From the IMG/VR virus record IMGVR_UViG_3300020400_000001, positions 1 through 58,929 of that record: 58,929 nt of DNA; one strand, given 5' to 3'. This document shows positions 9,774-19,122 of this stretch, in pieces. The stretch is from a virus (taxonomy: Duplodnaviria; Caudoviricetes). The position numbers were made by a program, and so were the translations under genes. The notes under the pieces were generated by a model, which made no database searches, was not told the origin of the DNA, and saw only the letters and a program-made list of their open reading frames with translations. Within the stretch, counting starts at the first letter, position 1, and each line of letters opens with the position of its first letter.

Positions 9774-10260
9774 TAGTAACTGTTAGTGTAATATTTGTAG
9801 TGTCTACCTTATAATCAATAGTGTTTCCCTCTAACTCTATTGTTCCATTATCTTGTGGAGTCTCTCCAAATAATTTTTCTACAAGTTGTTGTGAAAGCTT
9901 TGCATAAACTCTAGTTTCAAAATTTCTTATAAATCTAGCTGTAGTGGTATTTTGTTCATCTCTTTCTGCTTGTTCTACTAAAGCTTCTATTTCTTCTTGT
10001 ATAGTTTTGTATCTAGTATGTTCTTGATTTTCTATTGTTAAATAATGTTGTGATGTATTGACACCAGAAAAACTAGGAGACTTAAATTTAAAAGTCATTT
10101 CACTAGCTAGTGCAAGATTTACACAAAAAGCTATAACAATAAACAAGCCAACATACATACAAATAATTAAAGCTAAATCTTTTTGCTCTGCTCTTTTTCT
10201 GGCAGCTACTTCTGCATTTGTAGGTCTGCCTCTTTTTCTTTTAATCTTTTCTTTGGTCAT
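9718..10260 (-). CDS. csgF: CsgF-like curli assembly protein with basic N-terminal extension
   Basis: After a hydrophobic helix: ASEMTFKFKSPSFSG...YLTIENQE...FIRNFETRVYAKLSQQL, resembling CsgF; immediately upstream of csgG. Confidence 0.75.
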   Translation of the reverse strand: MTKEKIKRKRGRPTNAEVAARKRAEQKDLALIICMYVGLFIVIAFCVNLALASEMTFKFKSPSFSGVNTSQHYLTIENQEHTRYKTIQEEIEALVEQAERDEQNTTTARFIRNFETRVYAKLSQQLVEKLFGETPQDNGTIELEGNTIDYKVDTTNITLTVTNEDNKQTVITFPLNSFTF

Positions 10261-10591
10261 CTCTATCTGCCTTTGCTATTTTATCTTTTTGTACTAATTG
10301 CGGTACACCTAACATAGTCTTTAATAAAGTGTCTTGCCTAATTATTTCATTATCTACACTTCTTACTCTGTCTATAAGTGATACAAGTATACCTTGTTGT
10401 GCATCTAACTTTTGTTGCAATCTGCCTTCCATAGCTTTTAGCTGTTCATTTACTTTATCATCAACTACATCTATTTTAGATTCCATGCCATCTATAATTC
10501 TATTTATAAGCTTCCAAACAAAAATACCAAGTCCTAATGCTGCAGCAACAGGAAATCCTAACTCGGTTATTAGTCTTACAATATCATCCAT
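10241..10591 (-). CDS. Holin-like membrane protein
   Basis: N-terminal TM (LGFPVAAALGLGIFVW), coiled coil, charged C-terminus; in lysis region. Confidence 0.5.
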   Translation of the reverse strand: MDDIVRLITELGFPVAAALGLGIFVWKLINRIIDGMESKIDVVDDKVNEQLKAMEGRLQQKLDAQQGILVSLIDRVRSVDNEIIRQDTLLKTMLGVPQLVQKDKIAKADRDDQRKD

Positions 10592-11009
10592 CTACTGGCT
10601 CAAAGAGACCCATTTCAATTAGCTTGGTTCTATTAGCTTGATGTACAGCTTCTATTGCTGTTTTGTTTTGTCCAAAGTATTTTGCTGCTAAGTGTGCATC
10701 TACCATTGCTTCGTTTACATCTTCTCCATCACAAACAACTGTTCCTAATACTCTGCCAAACTTACCTTTTGAATCTCTAAGTTTAGTTCTTATTACAACT
10801 GTATCTGCACCTTCAACAGCCATTTTTAAAAAAGCTGCAGACATTTTGCCTCTAGCTTTTTCGTCTTTATCTCTAGTTCTTGACTCAGGTGTATCAATTC
10901 CAAAGAGTCTTACTCTTGTTTTATAAAGGACAGAAAAACCTAAATCTAGTGTCACATCTATAGTATCACCATCAACAACTCTATCTACTGTGCATTTATA
11001 TTCATACAT
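10584..11009 (-). CDS. Thermonuclease (SNase-like)
   Basis: VDRVVDGDTID, RVRLFGIDTPESR, KGKFGRVLG, DVNEAMVDAHLA. Confidence 0.9.
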   Translation of the reverse strand: MYEYKCTVDRVVDGDTIDVTLDLGFSVLYKTRVRLFGIDTPESRTRDKDEKARGKMSAAFLKMAVEGADTVVIRTKLRDSKGKFGRVLGTVVCDGEDVNEAMVDAHLAAKYFGQNKTAIEAVHQANRTKLIEMGLFEPVDG

Positions 11010-11151
11010 TGTATTTCCTTTTCTCTTTTAAATATTTTAGATAAGCTTTCATATTTCTTTCTACTCTTCTATCTGCCCATATTTTTAAACTAATAAGACC
11101 TAATAAAAATAAAAGATTGATACCTATGCCTATTAGGAGGTCATTATCCAT
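11002..11151 (-). CDS. Small membrane protein (49 aa, not in ORF track)
   Basis: MDNDLLIGIGINLLFLLGLISLKIWADRR...; coupled to neighbours. Confidence 0.55.
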   Translation of the reverse strand: MDNDLLIGIGINLLFLLGLISLKIWADRRVERNMKAYLKYLKEKRKYNV

Positions 11152-11330
11152 TAGTGCATAGAAACTTCTTTGCTATCATCTTCTATTGCAAGAAGTGAGT
11201 CTAACTCGCCAATAACTGTGACTCCTTTTCTTTTGGCAGTTTTTTCTGCTATTTCTCTACTCTCTGCAATAATATCTGGACCATCATGAGTTTCGCCTTT
11301 GTAAGTAAACTCTGTTAAAAATATTCTCAT
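11151..11330 (-). CDS. Hypothetical protein (59 aa, not in ORF track)
   Basis: MRIFLTEFTYKGETHDGPDIIAES...; ATGA overlap with upstream gene. Confidence 0.6.
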   Translation of the reverse strand: MRIFLTEFTYKGETHDGPDIIAESREIAEKTAKRKGVTVIGELDSLLAIEDDSKEVSMH

Positions 11331-11503
11331 ATTACCCTCGCTAAAACCTCTATAGATGCCATTGTTGCATATAAGCCAACAATCAAAAGCTCTATGCGAA
11401 CAAACCTTTTGTTGCCCTCGTCAAGTCTTTTCTCTATGTTTTCGTATCTAATTGAACATTCTCTTTCGTGTGAATGTATTTTATTAAGTGCCTCGTTGCT
11501 CAT
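11327..11503 (-). CDS. Small coiled-coil plus C-terminal TM protein (XhlA/holin-like, 58 aa, not in ORF track)
   Basis: MSNEALNKIHSHERECSIRYENIEKRLDEG...LLIVGLYATM. Confidence 0.55.
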   Translation of the reverse strand: MSNEALNKIHSHERECSIRYENIEKRLDEGNKRFVRIELLIVGLYATMASIEVLARVI

Positions 11504-11505
11504 AT

Positions 11506-12054
11506 TTATTTGTAAGGTAGTCTATCTATTACTAAATGTATTCTATCTATTTCGCTTTCGTTTCTAACGCCATGATTTTTTGTATTTTCTAATTCATAAA
11601 CATTACCCTTTTCAAGATAATAATCTGTATCTAAACATTTCATAAAAACCTTTGGATTGGTAATGATTGGTATATGGTATCTTCTTGTTTTAGAAAAAAT
11701 ATTTTCTCTACCACTTGGCGTATCTTGGTGTTCTCGAACACTACAGCCTGATAAAAGTTTTATAAACACAGCATTAATTAATTTTGCAGGTCCATGAATG
11801 CTATCAAGCTTTCTATTTATATCATCTAGTTCATTAGCAAATAAAATATATTCTTCGTGATATTCTATTTGATTAAATTCATTTGTTTCGTTTGGCTCAA
11901 ACTTTACTTTATTAGCTGCCCACTTGAGAGGTATACAACGAGTATCTTCATGGCAACCACCTCTTCTTTTAGTCCAAACTTCCCATCTAGCTTGAGTTAT
12001 AGGATTTAGTTTTTCAACAAAGACATCTGCATTAATAGAAAAAAGCTTTTCCAT
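11506..12054 (-). CDS. Aspartyl/asparaginyl beta-hydroxylase family 2OG-Fe(II) oxygenase
   Basis: HxD (HQD), RYHIPIITN, distal H in HGVRN, DRIHLVID. Confidence 0.85.
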   Translation of the reverse strand: MEKLFSINADVFVEKLNPITQARWEVWTKRRGGCHEDTRCIPLKWAANKVKFEPNETNEFNQIEYHEEYILFANELDDINRKLDSIHGPAKLINAVFIKLLSGCSVREHQDTPSGRENIFSKTRRYHIPIITNPKVFMKCLDTDYYLEKGNVYELENTKNHGVRNESEIDRIHLVIDRLPYK

Positions 12055-12665
12055 TAATCAACAGTTATACCCCAAGGATATTGACTTGTTAGAGCAAAAC
12101 GAAGTTCCTGTTCGCTAAATTCATTTTCAATACTACCTGTAGCGGCTTCGCCACCTGATGCTGTTTTAACAACTCTGCAATAACCATTAGTACCAGATAT
12201 ATCTCCTGTAGTAGCATTATGAGAAAAACTTGCTCCGCCACCATATCCTGGAGCTACCGCCACTATGGCAAAACTAAAATCGTAATCTCCTTCTCCTTCA
12301 TCTTCCCAATCAGAAGCGGCATAATATCTTATTACTGAGCTTGTATTTGCTCCTATATTTACTACTCCTGCATCTATATATGGTCTGCCTTGATAATATC
12401 CCCTAGATGCACCATTTTGTCCTTGAACTACATTATCTCGTACAATACAATTTTGTGTACTAGCAGGTAATCCGTCCATATAAGCTCCTCGACATTGACT
12501 AAAACTTTTAGCTCCTGATGAACTTTTTTTAAATCCTGTAAGGTTTCTTATTCTTCGATTATTAAAATTTATTGTTGTACCGCTACTTCCGCCAGACTCA
12601 ACATGAATTTGATTTAAACTTATAGAGCCAGATGAAGGTAATGTTGTATTTTGAGCAAAAGGCAT
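12054..12665 (-). CDS. Tail fibre tip/adhesin-like protein 2
   Basis: N-terminal LPSSGSISLNQIHVESGG module shared with 15691-16323; follows an S74 fibre gene. Confidence 0.6.
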   Translation of the reverse strand: MPFAQNTTLPSSGSISLNQIHVESGGSSGTTINFNNRRIRNLTGFKKSSSGAKSFSQCRGAYMDGLPASTQNCIVRDNVVQGQNGASRGYYQGRPYIDAGVVNIGANTSSVIRYYAASDWEDEGEGDYDFSFAIVAVAPGYGGGASFSHNATTGDISGTNGYCRVVKTASGGEAATGSIENEFSEQELRFALTSQYPWGITVD

Positions 12666-13810
12666 TATTTATTTTCCTTTAATGTTTTAACTTCTTCTGA
12701 TAATTCTTTGATTGCCTCAACCAAAAGACCAACAGTATTGCCATATCTTATAGCTAAATGTTCTTCTTTGGTTTCTATATCTTTATGTGTATAAACAGCT
12801 TCTGGCAAAACTTCTTGTAAATCTTGAGCAACTAATCCTGTTAATCTATTACCATCTGATTTCAAATCATAAGTAATCCCTTTCAGTTGATTTACTTTTT
12901 CTAAGGCGTTATCTATTACATCAACATTTTCTTTTAAAGCTATATCAGAAGGAGAGCCATAAGCTGTAATATCTCCTGAAAATACTCCATTACCACTATT
13001 ATCAACTGAGAATCTACTTACGTTTGAATTATTATCAACACGAAAATTTCCATCGTATTTTATTATAGTGTTACTGTTAGTTGCAAAATAAAATCTTTCT
13101 CTACCTTCTGCAGAAGTAATCCAAGAATTATTACCAAAATTTACTGCTGAATCTAATTGACTTTGTATAGATGAAGTTACACCATCTAAATACTGAAACT
13201 CTGCATTTGAAACATTACCATTAGCTATCTTAGAGGCATCTATTGCAGCATTACTAGCAATACTTGAATCTGCTATAGTTATTGTGTTGTTAGCACCATT
13301 TATAGTTTTATTAGTAAAGGTTGCTGTTTCATCTGCTGTGATACCAAACTGTCCGCCATTTATTTTAGCGTTTGCACCTAAATCAATAGAGCCTAAAACA
13401 TCTATAACTGCTGCTCCTGAACCTGAACCTGTAAGAACAACCATTTTAGACAAACCATTACCTATAGTGACAGTAGCTCCACTACCTTGTTTGATTATTA
13501 TTGATTGACTACCACTTGTAGAATTTTTAATTACCATAGTTTTTGACATGGTAGTTGGATTTATTTCTAAAGTTCTTGTTGCAGATAATGTTGCAGAAGA
13601 TGTTACATCAATAAACATTCTTCTATATAAATTTGAAGCTTGGTCTACAGTTACAGTTTTATTTGCATCAGAGTCAAAAGTTGCTCCTGTGCCATAAGAG
13701 AAAGCTTCTCCTATTAATTCTAAATTTAAGTTTGTAGTATCACCCCATGTACCGCTACCTTCACCTGTAGCTAGTTCGGTTAATACTAAATCGTTATCAT
13801 AACTTGGCAT
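12665..13810 (-). CDS. Tail fibre with C-terminal S74 intramolecular chaperone
   Basis: GEGSGTWGDTTNLN N-terminus; SDIALKENV...GLVAQDLQEVLPEAV...YGNTVGLLVEAIKEL. Confidence 0.85.
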   Translation of the reverse strand: MPSYDNDLVLTELATGEGSGTWGDTTNLNLELIGEAFSYGTGATFDSDANKTVTVDQASNLYRRMFIDVTSSATLSATRTLEINPTTMSKTMVIKNSTSGSQSIIIKQGSGATVTIGNGLSKMVVLTGSGSGAAVIDVLGSIDLGANAKINGGQFGITADETATFTNKTINGANNTITIADSSIASNAAIDASKIANGNVSNAEFQYLDGVTSSIQSQLDSAVNFGNNSWITSAEGRERFYFATNSNTIIKYDGNFRVDNNSNVSRFSVDNSGNGVFSGDITAYGSPSDIALKENVDVIDNALEKVNQLKGITYDLKSDGNRLTGLVAQDLQEVLPEAVYTHKDIETKEEHLAIRYGNTVGLLVEAIKELSEEVKTLKENK

Positions 13811-13825
13811 AATTTACCTCTTTAT

Positions 13826-14542
13826 TTATGCGACCTCATTCCAATCTGGATTTTGAGTATCATTAACTGTACTCCAGTTAGGAGTTTGTGAGTCATTGAC
13901 AGGTGTAAAGTTTGAAGTCTGACTATCATCAACATCACTCCAAACTCTTACACTACTTATAGAACCTATTAGTGCTATACCATTAGGAGTTATAGTTGCA
14001 TTTCCTGATATAGTTTCATCTCCTAACGAAGATGTTGCTAATACACCTGTAGGTATAATTTTATTTTCTGTAATTAAAGATTCGTTACCTAAAGCTGTAG
14101 TAGCAGATACGCTTCCTATTTGTGCTGCAGTTACATTACAATCTGCAATTATTATTTCGTCTCCTAAAGCTGCAGTTTTACCTGAACTTGAAACACCTTG
14201 AACTGCACCACCAAATACAACAGCATTTCCTAACGCCATGTTACCAACTACATTCGTAACATTTACAACTGCACCTGCAATATTTTCTAGGTTGCCAACT
14301 GCACCTGTTGCTGATACTCCTGTTATAGGTGGTGTCGTAGTAGCTGCAAATGTTGTAGTTCCTAATCCAGATGTTGCTTCTACTCCAGAAATAAATTCAT
14401 GTAGTGTTGCACTTGCACTTATTACGACTGTTCCTACAGACATTACTGCTGCATTAGTTGCAACATTTACTATCATATCTGGACCAACTGTTGTTCCTAA
14501 AGATGCAAAGGGTGCTTGTGCAAATGTTGATAATCCAAACAT
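13826..14542 (-). CDS. Virion structural protein (repetitive beta-rich)
   Basis: MFGLSTFAQAPFA start; V/T/G repeats; C-terminal DSQTPNW repeats. Confidence 0.6.
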   Translation of the reverse strand: MFGLSTFAQAPFASLGTTVGPDMIVNVATNAAVMSVGTVVISASATLHEFISGVEATSGLGTTTFAATTTPPITGVSATGAVGNLENIAGAVVNVTNVVGNMALGNAVVFGGAVQGVSSSGKTAALGDEIIIADCNVTAAQIGSVSATTALGNESLITENKIIPTGVLATSSLGDETISGNATITPNGIALIGSISSVRVWSDVDDSQTSNFTPVNDSQTPNWSTVNDTQNPDWNEVA

Positions 14543-14638
14543 AATTAATTACAAAATTTTTTTTTAAATTCTTTTCTTAGTTTTTTTTCTTCTTCGATTT
14601 TTTTGTAAAACTTTTTATCTGCTTTACTTGTATCTAGT

Positions 14639-15691
14639 TTAAAGCCATTCATTTCCATCAGTAGGATATCTAACATATCCTTTTACTTGTTTTACTTCTA
14701 AAGTATTTTTGTCATAAACAATTCCATAAATCCATATAAAATCATTTTCTCTTTCTTCCGGTATAGGAAATGGATGACCATGTTCTGCACAAAACTCCTT
14801 CATAATATCTAGAGTAGTTACAAAAAAAACATCATACTCATCTGCTTCTGTACCATCTTCATTAAATATTTTTGCAAAGAAATGACTTTTATTTGCATAG
14901 TATGGTACAGGGGGTCTAGGTATAAATGTGTCTGGGTGTTTTTGATAGTTGCTTGTAAATTCATCATCTTGAATAACAACCTTTAATTGTTTTTTCCCAG
15001 ATACAACATTATATTTTATTGCATGCCAACCATTATATGTATAGCCAACTTTAGGTACATTGTACTCTGCTAGAGTTTCATCTGGCATTTCTATAAAAAC
15101 ATTGTACCAACTATAAGTTTTTTCATTTGTATAAGGAGGTCTTAATGGTGCATCTTCATGTGCAGTATAAGTGCCAATAATATTAAATCTATTTTGTTTC
15201 CAATCTCTATCTTTTCCAAAAACTTTTTCAACTTCATCTATCATTGGTTGTGCTTGCCATAAACCAATATTGTAGTCTGTTCTAACTAATTGTTTATTCA
15301 CATAAACTTCATCATAAGTATTTGGATTTTTCGGCACAGCCATATTATTTCTAATATTGTAATCATCAAGTTCTGGGTCAGGAGGAACAAGAGTTGAATC
15401 ATTAAGAAAGTTTTTATATGTTTCAACTTCCCAATTTTTTTGATAGTAAATGACATCATCACTATCTATAGAACATTTATTATCTTCTTTAGTAAGAGCT
15501 GCAGCACTATCTGTTTTATTCCATTCAAATCTAATATCTTCTTTAGATACAGGGTCTGTAACCCACATAGATAATCTTTGAAAAGGTTTGTCATCTTCAT
15601 CAACATCATTGTTAATTGCTACATCTGTTGAATAATCTTTTCTAGCTTGTCCTTGAACTTTTACAAATTGTTCTAGTTCTATCTTGCTCAC
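14639..15691 (-). CDS. Hypothetical protein (350 aa) in tail-fibre region
   Basis: Long ORF coupled to adhesin 1; no motif recognised. Confidence 0.7.
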   Translation of the reverse strand: MSKIELEQFVKVQGQARKDYSTDVAINNDVDEDDKPFQRLSMWVTDPVSKEDIRFEWNKTDSAAALTKEDNKCSIDSDDVIYYQKNWEVETYKNFLNDSTLVPPDPELDDYNIRNNMAVPKNPNTYDEVYVNKQLVRTDYNIGLWQAQPMIDEVEKVFGKDRDWKQNRFNIIGTYTAHEDAPLRPPYTNEKTYSWYNVFIEMPDETLAEYNVPKVGYTYNGWHAIKYNVVSGKKQLKVVIQDDEFTSNYQKHPDTFIPRPPVPYYANKSHFFAKIFNEDGTEADEYDVFFVTTLDIMKEFCAEHGHPFPIPEERENDFIWIYGIVYDKNTLEVKQVKGYVRYPTDGNEWL

Positions 15692-16323
15692 TACTGTCCA
15701 ATAAAAGTAATAATTGTGTTTGAGCCGGGAGCAGATATAGGAGATATTGCTCCTGTTGTATTGTTAGGTACAGTTTGCGTTCCTAAACTCCAATTCCATT
15801 GTTCAAAAGTGCTGTCGGAATAAGTCGCATCACTTCTGTTGTAAGTGGAGCTATTAACTTTAACTTTTTTAAAAGCAGCATCTGTATTTGCACACCCATC
15901 TGCACATTGTAAAATCATTATAGTTGCTGCAGGTTGAGCTGAAGATGAACTTCCATTAGCAGCAAAAGCATATATAGTTTTGTTGTTTAAATAGTCTGCA
16001 TCTTGATAATCATTCAAAGAGCCATAAGTATCAGTACCTGAAGGTCTTGTACCATTTGAGCCATTATATCCTCTATATCTTTCTGTATTAGCAGCTACAT
16101 AATCACTTCCTGCTGTATTTACAGTTGTTTGTCCTGTGGACATAGTTATAATCCATTTAGCTTTTTTGCCATACCAAGCATTCAATCCTCTTGAAGTATT
16201 AGCAGAAAAATCTCCTATATCTCTTATATCAGAATCATTCATTGAACAAGTTGTTCCAGAAGTTCCTCCTGCTTCAACATGAATTGCATTTAAATCTATT
16301 GCTCCTGATGATGGTAATGCCAT
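15691..16323 (-). CDS. Tail fibre tip/adhesin-like protein 1
   Basis: MALPSSGAIDLNAIHVEAGG N-terminus; follows an S74 fibre gene. Confidence 0.6.
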   Translation of the reverse strand: MALPSSGAIDLNAIHVEAGGTSGTTCSMNDSDIRDIGDFSANTSRGLNAWYGKKAKWIITMSTGQTTVNTAGSDYVAANTERYRGYNGSNGTRPSGTDTYGSLNDYQDADYLNNKTIYAFAANGSSSSAQPAATIMILQCADGCANTDAAFKKVKVNSSTYNRSDATYSDSTFEQWNWSLGTQTVPNNTTGAISPISAPGSNTIITFIGQ

Positions 16324-17756
16324 TACTTATCCTCTAATTCTTTTACTCTAGCTGATAAATCTTTTACAGCTTCAATTAAGACTGCTGTTAATCTGCTGTA
16401 ATCTACAGACTTAGTACCCATTTCATCATCAGCAGTTAATACAATTTCTGGTAATATCTTTTCTACTTCTTGAGCAATAACACCTATGCTTTCTTTTTCA
16501 TCTCTGATGTAAGTGACACCTCTAAGTTGTTCTATTTTATCTAAACCATTTTCTATAGTTTCAATATTATTTTTTAGTCTTGCATCTGAAAAAGCTGTGA
16601 CGTTGTTATTAAAGGTTGCAGCACCTGCCTCTGAAGCATCTATAGTCAATGCTGTTATTTCAGTTCCCCCATCATTAACTCTAAATATCATGTCTTTATC
16701 TGACGTAGAAGCACGAAGTGTAAAGTTTGCTGAACCTAAATCTATTTGACCTCTTTCAGTACCACCATCAAGAAATTTTATATTTTCGCCATCTGCATCA
16801 AGAATAATATCTCCAGATACATCTAAAGTTAAATCTCCTGTTCTTGTAATTAAACCTCCACCAATATCAACAGAGCCATTAAACAAAGCTCTACCTGCAT
16901 CTGACATATCAAGTCTTAGTGCAGTTATAGTTGAGCCGCCATCATTACCATTAAATTTTATGTCTTTATCTTGAATAACAGCATCTATGTCAAAATCACT
17001 ACTGTTGTTCGCAAAATTACCCCATTGAGTTCCTGCATCTTTTAAAGCTATATTTCCACCATCTGCATCTAAAGATAAATTATCTGCGACATCAATAGTC
17101 ATAGAACCAGAAGCATTAGATATATCATTACCAGCAGCAAGTTGTAATCCACCACCCCCTAAAAGTCTCATTCTTTCTGTATTATTTGTTGCAAAAAGAA
17201 TTGGGTGATTAGTTGTTCTTTTAAGCTCTGCATAAAGAGAACTATCAGAATAAATTATAAAGTTTCTATTTCCCGGACCAGAACCCATGTCAATTCTAGA
17301 AGCTTGGTTTCCATCCATTTGTATACTAGCTACATTTGTTCCTTCTGTTACAGCAAGAACTGTTCCTGTAATGCCTAATCCCATAGGATTAGTACCTCTA
17401 TCTCCTATAGCTACATCTGAACTTCCAGAGCTTTCGTCAAAGAAAACAGTTTTACTTGCAGGTAAAGTACAAAAAACATCTTTAGTTCCAGCAGAAAAAT
17501 TAACTGCAGAGTCAGAGTTAGAGCTACTTATTATAGTAGTTCTACTTAAAGTGTCTGGAGAAGCATCAGTAACTGTGCCAATTCCTACTTCAAATTCATC
17601 TGCAGTTTGATGAACGATAGCGTAGTAAGTAGTATTAGAATTACCAATACCTGCTACAAAAGATTCAAAACCTGTTTCAGCACCTGCTAAATTTACTGTG
17701 CTAGTGCCTGTTGTGGTTGTTGTTTCCTTAACTCTATCGCTAAGAATAAATGCCAT
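16323..17756 (-). CDS. Tail fibre with C-terminal S74 intramolecular chaperone
   Basis: DRVKETTTTTGT N-terminus, TNNTERMR and LDADG repeats, SDARLKNNIE...GVIAQEVEKILPEIV...VDYSRLTAVLIEAVK. Confidence 0.87.
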   Translation of the reverse strand: MAFILSDRVKETTTTTGTSTVNLAGAETGFESFVAGIGNSNTTYYAIVHQTADEFEVGIGTVTDASPDTLSRTTIISSSNSDSAVNFSAGTKDVFCTLPASKTVFFDESSGSSDVAIGDRGTNPMGLGITGTVLAVTEGTNVASIQMDGNQASRIDMGSGPGNRNFIIYSDSSLYAELKRTTNHPILFATNNTERMRLLGGGGLQLAAGNDISNASGSMTIDVADNLSLDADGGNIALKDAGTQWGNFANNSSDFDIDAVIQDKDIKFNGNDGGSTITALRLDMSDAGRALFNGSVDIGGGLITRTGDLTLDVSGDIILDADGENIKFLDGGTERGQIDLGSANFTLRASTSDKDMIFRVNDGGTEITALTIDASEAGAATFNNNVTAFSDARLKNNIETIENGLDKIEQLRGVTYIRDEKESIGVIAQEVEKILPEIVLTADDEMGTKSVDYSRLTAVLIEAVKDLSARVKELEDK

Positions 17757-18187
17757 TAAGCTATTCTAATTATAGCGTTTGAAGCATCTGCTGTTGGAAA
17801 TTGAATTGTAAAGTCTCCATTAGTAGAAGTCTTATCTCCACCAAAAGCCAATACTGCAACTGCAGCATCATTAGATGCTGAGTCATTAAATATTAATGCA
17901 CCATTAGCAGTAATAGTTGAACTACTAAAAGTTAAATCTGCAAAGTCAGTAAATGCAGTAGTACCAGATGTGGTTGGGTCTACTCTAGTTAAAGCTCCAC
18001 CTTTAGCAGTATATCCTGTTCCTGAAACTTCATTACTTGTTGTGTATGCAGTAGTTGCTGCACCCAAAGAAGCACTACTTGTATATAGTGCTAAGTTAAA
18101 TGTACTACCGCCTGAGTTTTTAAAATTATGCACACCTTCTAAAAGTTCTTTTTTAAATGATGTACACATCGCTTGAGATATTGCCAT
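17756..18187 (-). CDS. Virion structural (tail) protein
   Basis: MAISQAMCTSFKKELL...FNLALYT...DFTIQFP, a common phage structural family. Confidence 0.7.
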   Translation of the reverse strand: MAISQAMCTSFKKELLEGVHNFKNSGGSTFNLALYTSSASLGAATTAYTTSNEVSGTGYTAKGGALTRVDPTTSGTTAFTDFADLTFSSSTITANGALIFNDSASNDAAVAVLAFGGDKTSTNGDFTIQFPTADASNAIIRIA

Positions 18188-18477
18188 TACAGCCTCCTTA
18201 TAATATCAGCCATATCTTTATGACCTTGTTTTTCTAAAAGACCTGCTACTGTGCTTCTATCAGAAGCTATAGCTTGTCTCATATATATTAAAATTACTTG
18301 AGCAATACTATTTCTAAAAGCATCAGCTTGTGCTTTGACCATTGGGTCTGCACTATCACTAATAGAAATTAATCTTTCAAGTATTCTTTCAGTCCAATAT
18401 TCAGGACTTAATCCTGTGTTTTCTGTTGCCACAACATTTACGCTTCCTACTTCTGGTTTTGTATCTACACTAATCAT
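18187..18477 (-). CDS. Hypothetical protein in tail cluster
   Basis: 96 aa, coupled to neighbours. Confidence 0.6.
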   Translation of the reverse strand: MISVDTKPEVGSVNVVATENTGLSPEYWTERILERLISISDSADPMVKAQADAFRNSIAQVILIYMRQAIASDRSTVAGLLEKQGHKDMADIIRRL

Positions 18478-19118
18478 TAACTTCTCTCTCTAGTAAATGT
18501 ACCATTGCTATATGTATCAATAGTATTATCTGCTTCACCAAGATTTTGCAACCTTGATATTGCTTGAAAATATCTTTTTTCATATTCAGCTTGTAATTCT
18601 GGATTACCCTTCATATAAATGTAAGCTTCAATAAGACAACCATATAGCAAAGCATTTGAAGCATTTTCTGATAGCCATGTTGTACCACTACCTGCTCCTG
18701 CGGTTATTGAAGCAGGTCTATAAAAGTAGTGTAGTTCAACTGAATAATTCTGGTCAGGAACAGGAGCAACAATAAAGGAATTATCATCGTATAGTGCATA
18801 ATGTTTTGGAACTCCTTGAGTTGTTGTATTTGGAAAAGCTTCTCTAATAAAATTTACATCTCTAAAATAAAGAAAGTCCATATTGTTATTAGCAATAACA
18901 GCAAGAGAAAAATTATCTAAAAAGTCAGATGGCGTTGTTAAAAACTGATTTCCAGAAGTTAAAGCACCTGTTACATTCTTTCTAAAGTTAGGAAGTCTTA
19001 CAGATTTTAATATTCTTTCTTCTGCTTGTTTAATAATCTGTGGCAAATCTCCTACAAAAGTAGTTTCAGAATTTTCCAAATAGTTTTTGATAAGAGTTTG
19101 TAATTCAGTATATGTCAT
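18477..19118 (-). CDS. Head-tail adaptor/tail tubular-like protein
   Basis: MTYTELQTLIKNY, AEERI, PKHYA, APVPD..Y.VELHY, LLYGCLIEA motifs; start reassigned to 19118. Confidence 0.65.
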   Translation of the reverse strand: MTYTELQTLIKNYLENSETTFVGDLPQIIKQAEERILKSVRLPNFRKNVTGALTSGNQFLTTPSDFLDNFSLAVIANNNMDFLYFRDVNFIREAFPNTTTQGVPKHYALYDDNSFIVAPVPDQNYSVELHYFYRPASITAGAGSGTTWLSENASNALLYGCLIEAYIYMKGNPELQAEYEKRYFQAISRLQNLGEADNTIDTYSNGTFTRERS

Positions 19119-19122
19119 ATTT

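Noticed and set aside
14545-14638. Homopolymer-rich gap as a frameshift or phase-variation site
   Set aside because: Intergenic; flanking genes have normal starts and stops
12054-16323. Adhesin paralogs as a diversity-generating retroelement or invertible switch
   Set aside because: No reverse transcriptase, invertase or near-identical template/variable repeats seen
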